DNA from: an uncultured Halobacteriales archaeon
GTDB taxonomy: Archaea > Thermoplasmatota > E2 > JACPAO01
Assembly: GCA_964408365.1 (NCBI GenBank)
Contig: CAYOZB010000002.1
Location: 1-56,716, forward strand
Length of the DNA: 56,716 nucleotides
Reading direction: 5' to 3'
Below are positions 1-9,269 of this stretch, piece after piece. Both the position numbers and the translations under genes were made by a program. Under the pieces are notes generated by a model, which was not told the DNA's origin, did not search any database, and saw only the letters and a list, made by a program, of their open reading frames with translations. The stretch's first letter is position 1. Every line of letters starts with the position of its first letter.

Positions 1-534
1 CTCGGCAAGTACCGCAAGATGCACACCCCCGACGACCCGCGGTTCTACGAAAAATTCTACTTCGCACCCGGCGACCTCGGGTTCCAAGCCTTCGACACGC
101 GGTTCGGACGGATCGGCGTCCTCATCTGCTGGGACCAATGGTACCCCGAAGCGGCGCGCCTGACGGCCCTCAAAGGGGCCCAGATCCTGTTCTACCCGAC
201 CGCCATCGGCACCTGGGTCGGCGAGACGGAACACCAGAAAACCCAACACGACGCCTGGGAGACCATGCAACGAAGCCACGCCATCTCCAACGGCGTGTTC
301 GTCGCCGCCCCGAACCGGGTTGGACGCGAGGGCGAACTGCGATTCTGGGGCAACAGTTTCGTCGCAAGCCCCTTCGGGCAGGTCATCGCGCGCGCCAGCG
401 ACTCGGCGGAAGAGATCCTCATCGCCGACTGCGACCTCGGGGACATCGAACGGTTCCGACGCGGATGGCCCTTCCTTCGCGACCGACGCATCGACGCCTA
501 CGGACCCTTGACCGAACGCTACTTGGGCGAGTGA
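1..534 (+). CDS. aguB: N-carbamoylputrescine amidase (carbon-nitrogen hydrolase), 5' end cut by window edge
   Basis: Frame open from nt 1 (LGKYRKMHTPDDPRFYEKFYFAPGD). CN-hydrolase active-site Cys context GVLICWDQWYPE. Lies directly upstream of agmatine deiminase. Confidence 0.8.
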   Translation, partial: LGKYRKMHTPDDPRFYEKFYFAPGDLGFQAFDTRFGRIGVLICWDQWYPEAARLTALKGAQILFYPTAIGTWVGETEHQKTQHDAWETMQRSHAISNGVFVAAPNRVGREGELRFWGNSFVASPFGQVIARASDSAEEILIADCDLGDIERFRRGWPFLRDRRIDAYGPLTERYLGE

Positions 535-544
535 GGAACCCGCG

Positions 545-1588
545 ATGGCTCCCACGCCACGCGAACTCGGCTATCGGATGCCGGCCGAGTGGGCACCCCA
601 CGAGTCGACCTGGCTCGCCTGGCCCCACGACCCGGTCACCTGGCCCGACCGCGTGCCGATCGTCGAAGAACGCTACATCGAGATGATCCGAGCGCTCACC
701 CCGCACGAGCGCGTCGATCTTTTGGTCAAGGACGCCAACCTCGAATCCAAGGTCGAACAGCGGCTTCGCGACGAGAAGATCAAGAACGTCACCCTGCACC
801 GAATCCCGACCGCGGACAGCTGGATCCGCGACTACGGTCCCAACTTCCTCACCTTTCAACAAAAAAACAATAGCGGGGTCGCCTACAACCGGTGGATCTT
901 CAACGCCTGGGGCAACAAGTACGACGCCTTGCTCCCCGACGACGGCATCCCCGAACGCCTCCCCACCATCCAACACCTCCAACGCTTCACACCCGGCATC
1001 GTCCTCGAAGGCGGCTCCATCGAAGTCGACGGCGCAGGCAGCGTCCTCACCACCGAACAGTGCCTCCTCAACACGAACCGCAACCCCAAGCTCACCATCA
1101 CCCAGGTCGAGAAGAAACTCCGGGATCATCTCGGCGTCCAACAGATCCTTTGGCTCAAGGACGGCATCGAAGGCGACGACACCGACGGACACATCGACGA
1201 CATCGCACGCTTCACCGACGAGAACACCATCGTCGCTGCCGTGGAGAAGGACAAAACCGATCCCAACCACAAACCGCTTCGAGAAAATCTTGAGACCTTG
1301 AAGGCGATGAAGAACGCGACGGGCAAACCCTACCGCGTCGTCGAACTCCCGATGCCCGAACGACTCGACGCCGACGACGGACGACTCCCGGCCAGCTACG
1401 CCAACTTCTACATCGCCAACAAGGTCGTCCTGTTGCCCATCTTCGGTGGAAACGCCGACAGGAAAGCCGAAGCGGTGCTCAAGAGTCTCTTCCCAGGTCG
1501 AAAGATCGTGCCGATCCGCTGCGAGGACGTCGTGTGGGGCATGGGGACGATCCACTGCTTGTCCCAGCAACAACCCGCCGAGCCGTGA
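545..1588 (+). CDS. aguA: agmatine deiminase
   Basis: 347 aa with PAEWAPHESTWLAWPHD, GHIDD and the C-terminal catalytic-Cys motif GTIHCLSQQ. 10-nt gap after aguB. Confidence 0.85.
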   Translation: MAPTPRELGYRMPAEWAPHESTWLAWPHDPVTWPDRVPIVEERYIEMIRALTPHERVDLLVKDANLESKVEQRLRDEKIKNVTLHRIPTADSWIRDYGPNFLTFQQKNNSGVAYNRWIFNAWGNKYDALLPDDGIPERLPTIQHLQRFTPGIVLEGGSIEVDGAGSVLTTEQCLLNTNRNPKLTITQVEKKLRDHLGVQQILWLKDGIEGDDTDGHIDDIARFTDENTIVAAVEKDKTDPNHKPLRENLETLKAMKNATGKPYRVVELPMPERLDADDGRLPASYANFYIANKVVLLPIFGGNADRKAEAVLKSLFPGRKIVPIRCEDVVWGMGTIHCLSQQQPAEP

Positions 1589-2392
1589 TCAGTCGACATC
1601 GAACCCTTTGCGCACCGGGTTGAGCGCCTGACGCGGATACCCGACCGGGTTGTTGATGACGAACCGACCGGGCTCGATGAGTGTGACTGGCCCATGCGTG
1701 TGCCCGAACAGAAACCGGTTGACGCCACGCTTGCGAAGAAGTTCTTCGATTCGACGGCTGCCCATGTACGCGTTGAAGAAATCCCACGACGCCACGCCAC
1801 GACGCAGGACGAGTTCCTCCAACGGCACATGGTGGGAAACGAACACGACGCTGCCATCTGCTGCCGCTAGGCGTCTTTCGATGCCTGGAAGAAGCCGCGT
1901 GACGACCTCGGCATCCTCGGCGCCCCACTTCGCGTACGCTTCATCCATGTAGGTGAGGTCGCGGAACTTTTTCGATCTGTACTCGGCGAACGTCAGGCCG
2001 AGCTTGGGGGCAGCGTACGAATAATCGTACCAACCGATGGAACCGACGAACGTGAACCCGCCCGCCTGAACGTTTTTCTTCTCGAGATACTCGAACCCGG
2101 TCGCCTTGCACACATCGCCGAGTTGGTCGAGTTTCCGCCAACTGTCCGTATCGTCCCCGGGCGGCGGTTTGACGACCCAGATGTCATGGTTCCCGGCGAC
2201 GAACATCCGGATCGGTGCCAAGTCGCCGAGTTGTCGAAGCGCCTCTTCGACCTGCGGCAACTTGTGGCTCACGTCGCCCGCGACGACGAGGGCGTCGACC
2301 GGGTGTTCCCGCATCGACGCTGCGATCTCGGGTAACCGTTGCCGGTTCTCTAAATGGTCGACGTGAAGGTCCGAAAGGACATGCAGGCGCAT
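1589..2392 (-). CDS. calcineurin-like metallophosphoesterase
   Basis: LSDLHVDH, VVAGDVSH, AGNHD and GHTHGP motifs. ATG at 2392 (MRLHVLSDLH) preferred to the upstream GTG at 2434. Its stop abuts the aguA stop (TGATCA, 1586-1591). Confidence 0.7.
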   Translation of the reverse strand: MRLHVLSDLHVDHLENRQRLPEIAASMREHPVDALVVAGDVSHKLPQVEEALRQLGDLAPIRMFVAGNHDIWVVKPPPGDDTDSWRKLDQLGDVCKATGFEYLEKKNVQAGGFTFVGSIGWYDYSYAAPKLGLTFAEYRSKKFRDLTYMDEAYAKWGAEDAEVVTRLLPGIERRLAAADGSVVFVSHHVPLEELVLRRGVASWDFFNAYMGSRRIEELLRKRGVNRFLFGHTHGPVTLIEPGRFVINNPVGYPRQALNPVRKGFDVD

Positions 2393-2483
2393 CGGAACGA
2401 CCCCGAAACGCGGGGCCCGATAAAGCACGTTCACCCGACTCCACGCATCGGTTTTATCCGGCAGTACGGTTCCGGCGACCCGG

Positions 2484-3476
2484 ATGGCAGCGCGCGTTTA
2501 CACGGGCCTCGATCCCAACTCCGACTTTGGTGGCCTGTTCCCGTGGAAGAGCCGAAAGACCACGGTCGATGGCAAAAATAAAATGGCGTTCATCGACGAG
2601 GGACCCGAGAACGCGCCGCTCACGTTCCTCCTCGTCCATGGCAACCCCACGTGGGGATTCCTGTACCGTGAATTCATCCAACGGCTCTCCAAGACGTATC
2701 GCGTCGTCGTGCCCGACATGATCGGGTTCGGCCGAAGCGACAAACCCCGCGAACCCACCTACTACACCCTCAATCAGCACATCGAGAACCTCACCCAACT
2801 CGCCTCTGGACTCGACCTCAAGAACGTCGTCCTCGTCGTCCAAGACTGGGGCGGACCCGTGGGCCTCGCCTACGCCAGTAAGAACGCCCAGAACATCGCG
2901 GGCATCGTGATCCTCAACACGTGGGCCTTTGTTTCTGAGAAGGGAGGCGTCCGACTCCCCTGGTTCTTCAAACGGCTCCTGTTGGGAAAGGGGGGTTGGC
3001 GGCGTGCGACGAAGAAGAACATGTTCGTCGAACTCATGCTGGTCAAAGGCCAAAAACTGGGAGACCAGGAAGCCAACGCGTACCGCGCGCCCTTCCCGAC
3101 GCCCGCGGACCGCGTCGGCATCGCACGGTTCCCCCAACTCATTCCCGAAGTCGGCAAACCAGACCACGAAGCGTACGCAACCATGGAGACGATCGAGGAG
3201 GACCTCGGACGTCTCGCGTTGAAACCGGCCCTCATCGTATGGCCCATGAAGGACGTCGCATTCCGGAAACCCCAACTCTTGCGTTGGCAAGAAGTGTTCC
3301 CAAACCACGTCCTCCACCGGCTCGAAGGCGCCCGACATTACGCCCAAGAGAGCCACTCCACGGAGATCCTCGACCAGATCGAACCCTGGGTCACCTCCCA
3401 CTTGATCGGGCGCGGCCGCGTCGCCAAACCGGCGCCAAGCCGCAAGGCCGCGCCGAAGCGCAAGCGGAAGAGCTAG
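2484..3476 (+). CDS. alpha/beta hydrolase of the haloalkane dehalogenase-like family
   Basis: HGNPTWGFLY, nucleophile elbow VVQDWGGPVG, C-terminal GARHYAQES. Unusual basic tail KPAPSRKAAPKRKRKS. Confidence 0.7.
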   Translation: MAARVYTGLDPNSDFGGLFPWKSRKTTVDGKNKMAFIDEGPENAPLTFLLVHGNPTWGFLYREFIQRLSKTYRVVVPDMIGFGRSDKPREPTYYTLNQHIENLTQLASGLDLKNVVLVVQDWGGPVGLAYASKNAQNIAGIVILNTWAFVSEKGGVRLPWFFKRLLLGKGGWRRATKKNMFVELMLVKGQKLGDQEANAYRAPFPTPADRVGIARFPQLIPEVGKPDHEAYATMETIEEDLGRLALKPALIVWPMKDVAFRKPQLLRWQEVFPNHVLHRLEGARHYAQESHSTEILDQIEPWVTSHLIGRGRVAKPAPSRKAAPKRKRKS

Positions 3477-3509
3477 GGTTTTCAACCGCAGGCTTTCTCG
3501 CGAGCCTCG

Positions 3510-4502
3510 TTGGCCGTCCTGGGAATCGAGTCGACCGCGCACACGTTCGGCGTCGGCATCGTCGAAGACCCCCAGCCCGGACGCTGCCGTGTCCTCTCCA
3601 ACATCCGCGACATGCTACGACCCGAAACCGGCGGCATCCATCCCCGCGAAGCGGCGAACCACCACGCCGAGATCGCCGGAGACATGGTCCGACAATCCTT
3701 CGAAGAAGCCAAGCTCTCGCCTTCAAAGATCGAAGCCGTCGCGTTCAGCCAAGGACCCGGACTCGGGCCCTGCCTGCGCACGGGCGCGACGGCCGCACGG
3801 TCCCTCGCACTTGCCCTCGGCGTCCCCCTCATCGGCGTCAACCACTGCGTCGCGCACCTGGAGATCGGCAAGGGCACGACCGACGCCAAAGATCCCCTTC
3901 TCCTCTACGCTAGCGGCGGCAACACCCAGGTCATCGCCTTTTCCCACGGACGCTACCGCGTGTACGGCGAGACCTTGGACGTCGGCATCGGCAACATGCT
4001 CGACAAGTTCGCCCGCGACCAAGGCATCCCCTTCCCGGGCGGACCCAAACTCGAACAACTCGCCAAGGAAGGCAAGAAACTCCTTGACATCCCCTACCCA
4101 GTCAAAGGCATGGACACGGCCTTCAGCGGCGTCCTGACCGCCGCGAACACGTGGATCCAAAAAGGCGAAACCCTCCCCGACGTCGCGTTCAGCATCCAAG
4201 AGACCTGCTTCGCCGCCTTGACCGAGGTCACCGAACGCGCTCTTGCGCAGACGGACAAGACGGAGGTCCTGCTCGGCGGCGGGGTCGCCTGCAACGACCG
4301 CCTTTCCGACATGGTGCGCATGATGGCCGAAGACCGGGGCTGCCGTTTCTTCCGGCCCGCCAAGTCCCTGCTCGTCGACAACGGCACCATGATCGCGTGG
4401 ACCGGGCTCCTCATCCACCGAAGCGGACACTCCACGCAGCTCGACGCGAGCATCGTCGACCAACGCTACCGCACCGACCAGGTCCAGGCGGTGTGGCTGT
4501 GA
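3510..4502 (+). CDS. kae1: tRNA N6-adenosine threonylcarbamoyltransferase Kae1 (KEOPS catalytic subunit)
   Basis: MAVLGIESTAHTFGVGIV, HCVAHLEIG, SGGNTQVI, GGGVACNDRL. Confidence 0.9.
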   Translation: MAVLGIESTAHTFGVGIVEDPQPGRCRVLSNIRDMLRPETGGIHPREAANHHAEIAGDMVRQSFEEAKLSPSKIEAVAFSQGPGLGPCLRTGATAARSLALALGVPLIGVNHCVAHLEIGKGTTDAKDPLLLYASGGNTQVIAFSHGRYRVYGETLDVGIGNMLDKFARDQGIPFPGGPKLEQLAKEGKKLLDIPYPVKGMDTAFSGVLTAANTWIQKGETLPDVAFSIQETCFAALTEVTERALAQTDKTEVLLGGGVACNDRLSDMVRMMAEDRGCRFFRPAKSLLVDNGTMIAWTGLLIHRSGHSTQLDASIVDQRYRTDQVQAVWL

Positions 4503-5113
4503 GCGAACGGCTCTACCAAGGGGCCGAGGCCGACGTCCGACTCGAAGACTTCCTCGGTCAGCCGGTCGTGGCGAAGCACCGGTTGCCCAAACGGTACCGG
4601 CACGAGGCGCTCGATGGCCGGATCCGTCGCGAACGGACGAGACTCGAAGCCCAGATCCTTATTGAGGTCCGAGCCGCCGGCGTCGACGCGCCGGCCGTGA
4701 TCGACATCGACGTGGCCGCGGCGACGGTCCGCATGAGACGCATCGCCGGCGGACGGCTTCGCGCTGACTTGGAGAAACCAGGCGCCGACGTCGCAGTCCT
4801 GTGCCGCCGTTTCGGCGCAATCGTCGGCCGCCTCCACGCTGCCGGGTTCATCCATGGCGACCTCACGACGAGCAACGTGCACGTCGACGCGGACCGTTTG
4901 GTGCTCCTGGATTTCGGTCTCGCGCAACGGAGCCGGGAAGTCGAGGAGCAAGGCGTCGACCTTCACCTCGTCGAGCGTACATTCGAATCCAGCCACCCCA
5001 GCCTCCGCGGCACGTTCGACGCGTTCCTCCAAGGGTACCGCGGATCGTTCCCGGATGCGCGGTTGGTCGAGCGCCGCATGAACGACATCAAGGCGCGGGC
5101 ACGCTACGCATGA
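4499..5113 (+). CDS. bud32: Bud32/PRPK-type small kinase (KEOPS subunit)
   Basis: GTG at 4499 overlaps the kae1 stop (GTGA). Product starts VSERLYQGAEADV. Kinase motifs HGDLTTSNV and LLDFGLA. The longer ORF from 4151 overlaps kae1 and is discounted. Confidence 0.8.
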   Translation: MSERLYQGAEADVRLEDFLGQPVVAKHRLPKRYRHEALDGRIRRERTRLEAQILIEVRAAGVDAPAVIDIDVAAATVRMRRIAGGRLRADLEKPGADVAVLCRRFGAIVGRLHAAGFIHGDLTTSNVHVDADRLVLLDFGLAQRSREVEEQGVDLHLVERTFESSHPSLRGTFDAFLQGYRGSFPDARLVERRMNDIKARARYA

Positions 5114-5697
5114 AACTCCGTTTCGTCACGTCGAACAACGGCAAGGTCCAGGAAGCGCAGGCCCGCCTGGCTCCGCTGGGCATCGACGTGGTCGGCACGC
5201 GGCGCGAACTCGAAGAGATCCAAGCCGACACCATCGAAAAGGTCGCGCGGCACAAAGCCCGCCAATTGTTTGGCAAGGTCAAGCCGCCGTTCTTCATCGA
5301 GGACGCCGGACTCCACATCGACGCGCTCCAAGGGTTCCCCGCGACCTACAGTCGCTACGTGTTCCGCACCCTCGGACTCGACGGCATCCTAAAACTCCTG
5401 CAAGGAAAAACGGGAGACGAGCGTCGCGCCCATTTTTTGGCCGTGATCGCCTACGTCGACCCGTCCCGACGGGTGCGGACCTTCACCGGACGCGCAGACG
5501 GACGCATCGCCGACCGTCCCCGTGGGACCAACGGGTTCGGATACGACCCCATCTTCATCGCCGACGGCACGGGGGAGACGTTCGCCGAGCTCGACTCCCA
5601 AGAGAAGGGAAACCGGTCCCATCGCGGACGCGCGCTCGACCAGCTTGCCCAGCATCTGGGCCGCGCAAACCGTCGTGTCGGTAGAAAGAAACCTTAA
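5110..5697 (+). CDS. rdgB: non-canonical purine NTP pyrophosphatase (Ham1/RdgB family)
   Basis: ATG at 5110 overlaps the bud32 stop (ATGA). Motifs FVTSNNGKVQEA, FFIEDAGL, GFGYDPIF, SHRGRAL. Confidence 0.85.
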   Translation: MKLRFVTSNNGKVQEAQARLAPLGIDVVGTRRELEEIQADTIEKVARHKARQLFGKVKPPFFIEDAGLHIDALQGFPATYSRYVFRTLGLDGILKLLQGKTGDERRAHFLAVIAYVDPSRRVRTFTGRADGRIADRPRGTNGFGYDPIFIADGTGETFAELDSQEKGNRSHRGRALDQLAQHLGRANRRVGRKKP

Positions 5698-5705
5698 AGG
5701 CGCAC

Positions 5706-6116
5706 TTGGGGGTTCGACCGACACGAGCACCCGTGACCGACCCCAAGCCCCAATACGTCATCCGCCTCGAGCGACGACGACTTTTGTGGCTCCTCGGCTT
5801 CCTCGCGATCGCATCCACGATCTGGGTCGGCGTCGTGCTCTACGGTGAAGCCCAGGACTTCGGCACCGACCCCGGCCAATGGGCGCTTCTGCCCACATTC
5901 TTCTGGGCCCTCATCGCCGCGGCCTGCAACGTGCTCGTCCTCGTCTACGGGTTGGCACTCCTCACGATCCGCGAACGACCCGGCCAACTCTACCGACTCG
6001 AGGACGAATACGCCACCGTACCGGAAGGCGCGGCCCCCGCCGCACCCTCCTTCCTCCAACCGCAACCCGCACCCGTCGACGCTGAAGTACAACCCGAGAA
6101 CGCTCCGGCACAGTGA
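5706..6116 (+). CDS. small membrane protein, two predicted TM helices, Pro/Ala-rich tail
   Basis: 136-aa ORF with TTG start (true start uncertain). Hydrophobic spans LLWLLGFLAIASTIWVGVVLYG and LLPTFFWALIAAACNVLVLVYGLALL. GC-rich third codon positions. Confidence 0.4.
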   Translation: MGVRPTRAPVTDPKPQYVIRLERRRLLWLLGFLAIASTIWVGVVLYGEAQDFGTDPGQWALLPTFFWALIAAACNVLVLVYGLALLTIRERPGQLYRLEDEYATVPEGAAPAAPSFLQPQPAPVDAEVQPENAPAQ

Positions 6117-6160
6117 CTCCCCCCGAAGTCCACGTCCACCCATTTTCCGCCCGGTCACGC

Positions 6161-6168
6161 TTTTATAG
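6161..6168 (+). promoter_or_regulatory. TATA-like box upstream of rps15
   Basis: TTTTATAG in an otherwise GC-rich spacer, ~60 nt before the ATG at 6228. Function inferred only. Confidence 0.3.
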
Positions 6169-6227
6169 GGGAAGCTTCTTCGCGCGAAACTCCGGCGCAT
6201 CCGGAACCCTAGCACGGTTGATACGAC

Positions 6228-6683
6228 ATGTCACGCATTCACAAGCACTCCAAGGGCCGCTCGTCATCCACGAAGCCCTTCCGCACTGAGACCCCGTCCT
6301 GGCAACCGCTCAAGAACAAGGACGTCGAAGCCCAGGTCGTCGGACTCGCCAAGGAAGGCAAATCCACGGCCGTCATCGGCGCCTACATGCGCGACCAGTT
6401 CGGCGTCCCCGACGTCCAACTCGCCACCAAGAAAAGCGTCCTCGAGATCCTCCGGGAAAACAAGGTCGACCCGCGGCTCCCCGAAGAGATCGCCAACCTC
6501 CTTCGACGCGTCGTAAGCCTCCAAGGCCACCTCGCCCACAACCCGAAGGACCTTGCCAACAAGCGTTCCCTTTCGCTCGTCGAATCCAAGATCCGCCGTT
6601 TGGCGAAATATTTCATCCGCGAAGCCAAACTGCCCGTGGGCTGGAAGTACAGCGCCGACACGGTCAAGCTGCTTCTCGAATGA
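6228..6683 (+). CDS. rps15: 30S ribosomal protein S15 (uS15, archaeal type)
   Basis: 151 aa. MSRIHKHSKGRSSSTKP N-terminus, then LRRVVSLQGHLAHNPKDLANKRSLSLVESKIRRLAKYF. Confidence 0.9.
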   Translation: MSRIHKHSKGRSSSTKPFRTETPSWQPLKNKDVEAQVVGLAKEGKSTAVIGAYMRDQFGVPDVQLATKKSVLEILRENKVDPRLPEEIANLLRRVVSLQGHLAHNPKDLANKRSLSLVESKIRRLAKYFIREAKLPVGWKYSADTVKLLLE

Positions 6684-7693
6684 GGCTACTGGAGCAAGCA
6701 CAAGCCGCAGCCGACGTCATCCATGGTCTCCCAGCGAACGCCCGCGTGCGCGTCGTCGCGAAGACCAACGCGGACGGCGTCGCGGCGGCCGCGATCGCGA
6801 TGCGCGCACTCATGCGCGCCAAACGGTCGTTCCACATCAGCTACGTCGCCGACGTCGACGACCACTTGATGGAGACGCTGCGCGCCGATCGCGACGAAGC
6901 CGTGTTCTTCCTCGGACTCGGACACGGCTTCATGATGCTCCTCGACCGGCTCCCCGCCTCTGCCGTCATCATCGATTACGACAAGATCGCCGGAAGCCCC
7001 AAACAGAAAGCCAAGTTCGTCCACCTCAACCCCCGACACGATCCCGCCATGCCCGCCAACGCCGCCTGCGCGTCCACCTTGGCGTTCGCGTTCGCCGTCG
7101 CGCTCAACATGACCAACCAAGACCTCGCCGGCGTGGCGCTCGTAGGCGTCTTCTCCACGGGCCAAGACTCTCCCATGTTCCGGGGCTGGAACAAAGACGT
7201 GTACGAGACCGCCGTCGCCCGCGGACTCGTCCACGCCAGCACCGGCATCGCGTTGCCCGAAGCACCGCTCGTCGACGCCATCCGCACCCTCCCCGGCCCC
7301 TGGACAAAAGCCGGTGAGGACCTCGGCGACCCGACGTCGTTCCTCGCGGAACGCGGACTCGCCCCCGAAGCCAACCTCCACGAACTCCCCCGCGCCGACC
7401 TGGAACAGTTCACGAGCCTCATCGTCGTGCGCGGACTCCGACGCGGACTCGCCCCCGACGACCTCGGCCACCTGTTCCGCTCACTCCCCCGCTCCGCCCC
7501 GCACCAAGACCTCCCGTTGCCGCGGATCGTCAACCTCGTCGCGTCCGCCGCCGCCGAAGGCGACACCGGAGTGGCGCTCTCCTTCCTCCTCGGCGACCTC
7601 ACCGTACTTCCCGAACTCGAACAACTCGAGACCAAGCACCACGAACCCCACCACCGCACCGGACACGGCCACGTGAGGGACACCCATGGTTGA
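6680..7693 (+). CDS. DHH-superfamily (RecJ/Cdc45-like) protein with degenerate catalytic motifs
   Basis: ATGA overlap with rps15. The N-terminus VRVVAKTNADGVAAAAIAMRAL resembles DHH motif I context, but the DxD and DHH motifs are not intact (IIDYDKI where DHH is expected). Position next to rps15 matches the known archaeal recJ/GAN neighbourhood. Confidence 0.4.
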   Translation: MRLLEQAQAAADVIHGLPANARVRVVAKTNADGVAAAAIAMRALMRAKRSFHISYVADVDDHLMETLRADRDEAVFFLGLGHGFMMLLDRLPASAVIIDYDKIAGSPKQKAKFVHLNPRHDPAMPANAACASTLAFAFAVALNMTNQDLAGVALVGVFSTGQDSPMFRGWNKDVYETAVARGLVHASTGIALPEAPLVDAIRTLPGPWTKAGEDLGDPTSFLAERGLAPEANLHELPRADLEQFTSLIVVRGLRRGLAPDDLGHLFRSLPRSAPHQDLPLPRIVNLVASAAAEGDTGVALSFLLGDLTVLPELEQLETKHHEPHHRTGHGHVRDTHG

Positions 7694-7934
7694 CGCGACC
7701 GGCCAGATCTCCGTCCAGTACGAGGACAAAACCCAGGCCGAGCGGGCCTTCGGCGCCGTCCACCCGGACGACGACGCATTCGCCACGACCCGCCTCGACG
7801 GAAACACGGTGATCGTCGAATTGCGCGGCAAGGATTCCAAGTCCCTCCTTCGTGCGGCGGATGATTTTCTTGCGTGCTTGAGCGTCGCCGAAGACGTAAT
7901 GAACGCGCCCCCCATGGACCGCCGAAATGCTTGA
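7686..7934 (+). CDS. pcc1: KEOPS subunit Pcc1-like
   Basis: 82 aa. Pattern QISVQYEDKTQAERAFGAV...LDGNTVIVELRGKDSKSLLRAADDFLACLSVAEDV fits the Pcc1 fold signature (beta-beta-beta-helix with LRA..(N/D)S.L). 8-nt overlaps on both sides. Confidence 0.6.
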   Translation: MVDATGQISVQYEDKTQAERAFGAVHPDDDAFATTRLDGNTVIVELRGKDSKSLLRAADDFLACLSVAEDVMNAPPMDRRNA

Positions 7935-9207
7935 TGTGCAAGTGTTTCGCGAGCGTCCGGACGTCGTCCGCGACAGTCTAAAACGCCGCGGAATGGAGAC
8001 CGCACCCGTCGACGACGTCATCCGATTGGACGCGGATTGGCGGGCGGCCCGGAAAGCACTCGACGAGTTGCGTGCACGACGTAACAAGGCCGCCGTCGAA
8101 GTCGCGAATACAAAAAAACAAGGAAAGGACGCGAGCGCGCTCGTCGCAGAGATCCAGAACGCAGCGAAAGCGATGGAGTCACTCGAAGCCAACGCCAAGG
8201 CCGCCGAGGAAAAACGCAACGAACTCCTCTGGCGGCTCCCGAACCTCATGCACGAAAGCGTGCCGTTCGGCAAAGACGACACCCAGAACGTCCCCATCAA
8301 GACGGTCGGCGAGCCGAAACTCCACGCGTTCGAACCCAAAAGCCACGTGGACCTTCTCACCACGTTGGACATCGCCGACATCGAGCGCGCCGGCAAAGTC
8401 GCCGGGGCACGGTTCTTCTACCTCAAGAACGAAGGCGTGATGCTCAACCTCGCGCTCGAAAAATATGCGCTCGACCACCTTCGCCGACGCGGCTACATCC
8501 CCATCGATCCTCCCTACATGCTCCGACGCGACGCCATCGCCGGCGCGGTGGACCTCAACGATTTTGCCGACGTGATCTTCAAGATCCAAGACGAGGACCT
8601 CAACCTCATCGCGACGAGCGAACACGCCATCGCTGCGATGCACCAAGGCGACCTCTTCGAGGACGCGCAGCTTCCCCTGCGATACGCGGGCGTCTCTCCC
8701 TGTTTCCGAAAGGAGGCCGGCGCGCACGGCAGGGACACGAAGGGCATCTTCCGCGTCCGCCAGTTCCACAAGGTCGAGATGTTTATTTTTTGCAAACCAG
8801 AGGAGTCCTGGCCGCTCCATGATGAGCTTCGTGCGAACGCGGAAACCGTCATCGGCGGACTCGGGTTCCCCTACCGCGTCGTGAACATCTGCACCGGAGA
8901 CCTCGGGACCGTCGCCGCAAAGAAATACGATCTGGAAGCCTGGATGCCCGTCCAGAAGGCCTACCGAGAACTCGTCTCCTGCAGCAACTGCACCGACTAC
9001 CAGGCGCGACGATACCAGACGCGCACCCGCAAGGCGACGAACGAACCGACGCGCGTCTGCCACACCCTCAACTCGACCGCACTCGCGGTCGAACGCACGA
9101 TGGTCGCGATCTTGGAGAATTTCCAAGACGAACAGGGTCGCGTTCACCTGCCGCCGGCTTTGCACTCCTACATGGATGGCGTCAAGGTCCTCGAACCCAA
9201 GCGCTGA
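7927..9207 (+). CDS. serS: seryl-tRNA synthetase
   Basis: 426 aa with an N-terminal coiled-coil arm. Class II motifs FRVRQFHKVEMF, GDLGTVAAKKYDLEAW, SCSNCTDYQARR. Confidence 0.95.
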   Translation: MLDVQVFRERPDVVRDSLKRRGMETAPVDDVIRLDADWRAARKALDELRARRNKAAVEVANTKKQGKDASALVAEIQNAAKAMESLEANAKAAEEKRNELLWRLPNLMHESVPFGKDDTQNVPIKTVGEPKLHAFEPKSHVDLLTTLDIADIERAGKVAGARFFYLKNEGVMLNLALEKYALDHLRRRGYIPIDPPYMLRRDAIAGAVDLNDFADVIFKIQDEDLNLIATSEHAIAAMHQGDLFEDAQLPLRYAGVSPCFRKEAGAHGRDTKGIFRVRQFHKVEMFIFCKPEESWPLHDELRANAETVIGGLGFPYRVVNICTGDLGTVAAKKYDLEAWMPVQKAYRELVSCSNCTDYQARRYQTRTRKATNEPTRVCHTLNSTALAVERTMVAILENFQDEQGRVHLPPALHSYMDGVKVLEPKR

Positions 9208-9269
9208 CCGTCACCCCCGTTCCGTTTCACCACAAACCATATGGCGAAGCGCCACGGCTTGGCGATCTG

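Noticed and set aside
419-1573. 384-aa ORF antisense to agmatine deiminase. Similar long antisense or shadow ORFs occur at 10609-12078 (opposite uvrC), 16294-17967 (opposite hmgA), 42965-44398 (opposite purE/guaA), 48506-49975 (opposite the S8 protease) and 54750-56132 (opposite FlaJ/TadC).
   Set aside because: Each lies opposite a gene with clear family motifs. Their products are dominated by R/G/D/V/A/H in non-protein-like runs. Such open antisense frames are expected in GC-rich DNA, where stop codons are rare.
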